Assembly: GCA_964057225.1 (NCBI GenBank)
Contig: OZ059900.1
Location: forward strand, 6,262,001 to 6,326,000
DNA: 64,000 nt
From: Auanema rhodensis
Taxonomy: Eukaryota; Animalia; Nematoda
Reading direction: 5' to 3'
Below are positions 62,901 to 64,000 of this stretch, piece by piece. A program made the position numbers and the translations under genes. Numbering within the stretch: the first letter of the stretch is position 1; every line of letters begins with the position of its first letter. The notes beneath the pieces were generated by a model that did not search any database, was not told the origin of the DNA, and saw nothing but the letters and a program-made list of their open reading frames with translations.

Positions 62901-64000
62901 TAAATTTTCAAAAACTTATAAGTAGAGAACTGTTAATTATTTTGAGATGAAATTCTCAAAATTGCAAGATGTGATATTAAACTCTACAATACTCAAAGAT
63001 GATCAAACAATAAAGACGGTAATGTAAATTTCAAATTGATTGAAAAAATACAAAATTTTACAAAAAAAGGTAAATTTTCAAAAACTTATAAGTAAAGAAC
63101 TGTTAATTATTTCGAGAAGAAATTCACAAAATTCTAAGATGTGATATTAAACTCTACAAAACTCAAAGATGATCAAACAATAAAGACGGTAATGTAGATT
63201 TCAAATTGATTGAAAAAATACAAAATTTTACAAAAAAAGGTAAATTTTCAAAAACTTATAAGTAAAGAACTGTTAATTATTTTGAGATGAATATCTCAAA
63301 ATTGCAAGATGTGATATTAAACTCTACAGTACTCAAAGATGATCAAACAATAAAGACGGTAATGTAGATTTCAAATTGATTGAAAAAATACAAAATTTTA
63401 CAAAAAAAGGTAAATTTTCAAAAACTTATAAGTAAAGAACTGTTAATTATTTTGAGATGAATATCTCAAAATTGCAAGATGTGATATTAAACTCTACAAA
63501 ACTCAAAGATGATCAAACAATAAAGACGGTAATGTAGATTTCAAATTGATTGAAAAAATACAAAAAGTTATAAAAAAAGGTAAATTTTCAAAAACTTATA
63601 AGTAGAGAACTGTTAATTATTTTGAGATGAAATTCTCAAAATTGCAAGATGTGATATTAAACTCTACAGTACTCAAAGATGATCAAACAATAAAGACGTG
63701 AATGTAGATTTTGAATTGATTGAATAAATACAAAAAGTTACAAAAAAAGGTAAATTTTCAAAAACTTATAAGTAGAGAACTGTTAATTATTTTGAGATGA
63801 AATTCTCAAAATTGCAAGATGTGATATTAAACTCTACAATACTCAAAGATGATCAAACAATAAAGACGTGAATGTAGATTTTGAATTGATTGAAAAAATA
63901 CAAAAAGTTATAAAAAAAGGTAAATTTTCAAAAACTTATAAGTAGAGAACTGTTAATTATTTTGAGATGAAATTCTCAAAATTGCAAGATGTGATATTAA
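47908..64000. repeat. 170-bp AT-rich satellite DNA array, ~95 copies, continuing beyond the window
   Basis: acaaaaaaaggtaaa... recurs every 170 bp (47931, 48101, 48271, ...). Monomers differ by a few recurrent substitutions, and a single 1-bp deletion at ~57445 shifts the register. No ORFs of 60 aa or more in the ORF track. Confidence 0.98.

Noticed and set aside
47908-64000. Primate alpha satellite (171 bp) or piRNA Ruby-motif array
   Set aside because: The period is 170 bp with no recognisable alphoid sequence or CENP-B box. CTGTTCA differs from the Ruby core CTGTTTCA and is altered in many monomers.

Overview
AT-rich eukaryotic genomic DNA. Short (~42-55 nt) GT-AG introns, TTTCAG/TTTTAG acceptors and acceptor-like sites just before ATGs point to a rhabditid-type nematode (inference). 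Because the genes are spliced, most ORF-track entries are exon fragments or noise. Four conserved genes are recognisable: the 3' end of a CDF/ZnT zinc transporter (1-1.2 kb), an NK2/NK4-class homeobox gene (2.6-3.7 kb), a C3G/RAPGEF1-type Rap GEF (27.6-34.3 kb, minus) and a BAR+RhoGAP of the RICH/ARHGAP17/SH3BP1 family (41.3-44.0 kb). Between the homeobox gene and the GEF lies a ~24 kb island of lineage-specific material. It holds an 11 kb tandem array (2310-bp and 597-bp units) that hides a spliced orphan gene with a splice-donor polymorphism, a 67-bp hairpin minisatellite, and three orphan spliced genes, one with five CxxC pairs and one a small Tyr-motif membrane protein. It also holds a 4.7 kb palindrome. 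Its 1108-bp arms, identical by eye, copy the 3' end of the GEF gene and enclose two convergent, intron-containing paralogues. These paralogues consist almost solely of a BEL/Pao retrotransposon Gag-type triple zinc knuckle and are candidate domesticated retroelement genes; this is the most interesting signal in the window. After the RhoGAP come a 2.5 kb foldback element and then a 170-bp satellite (~95 copies, with 18-mer and 11-mer higher-order duplications) that runs off the end of the window. All gene models were spliced by eye and no database searches were run.
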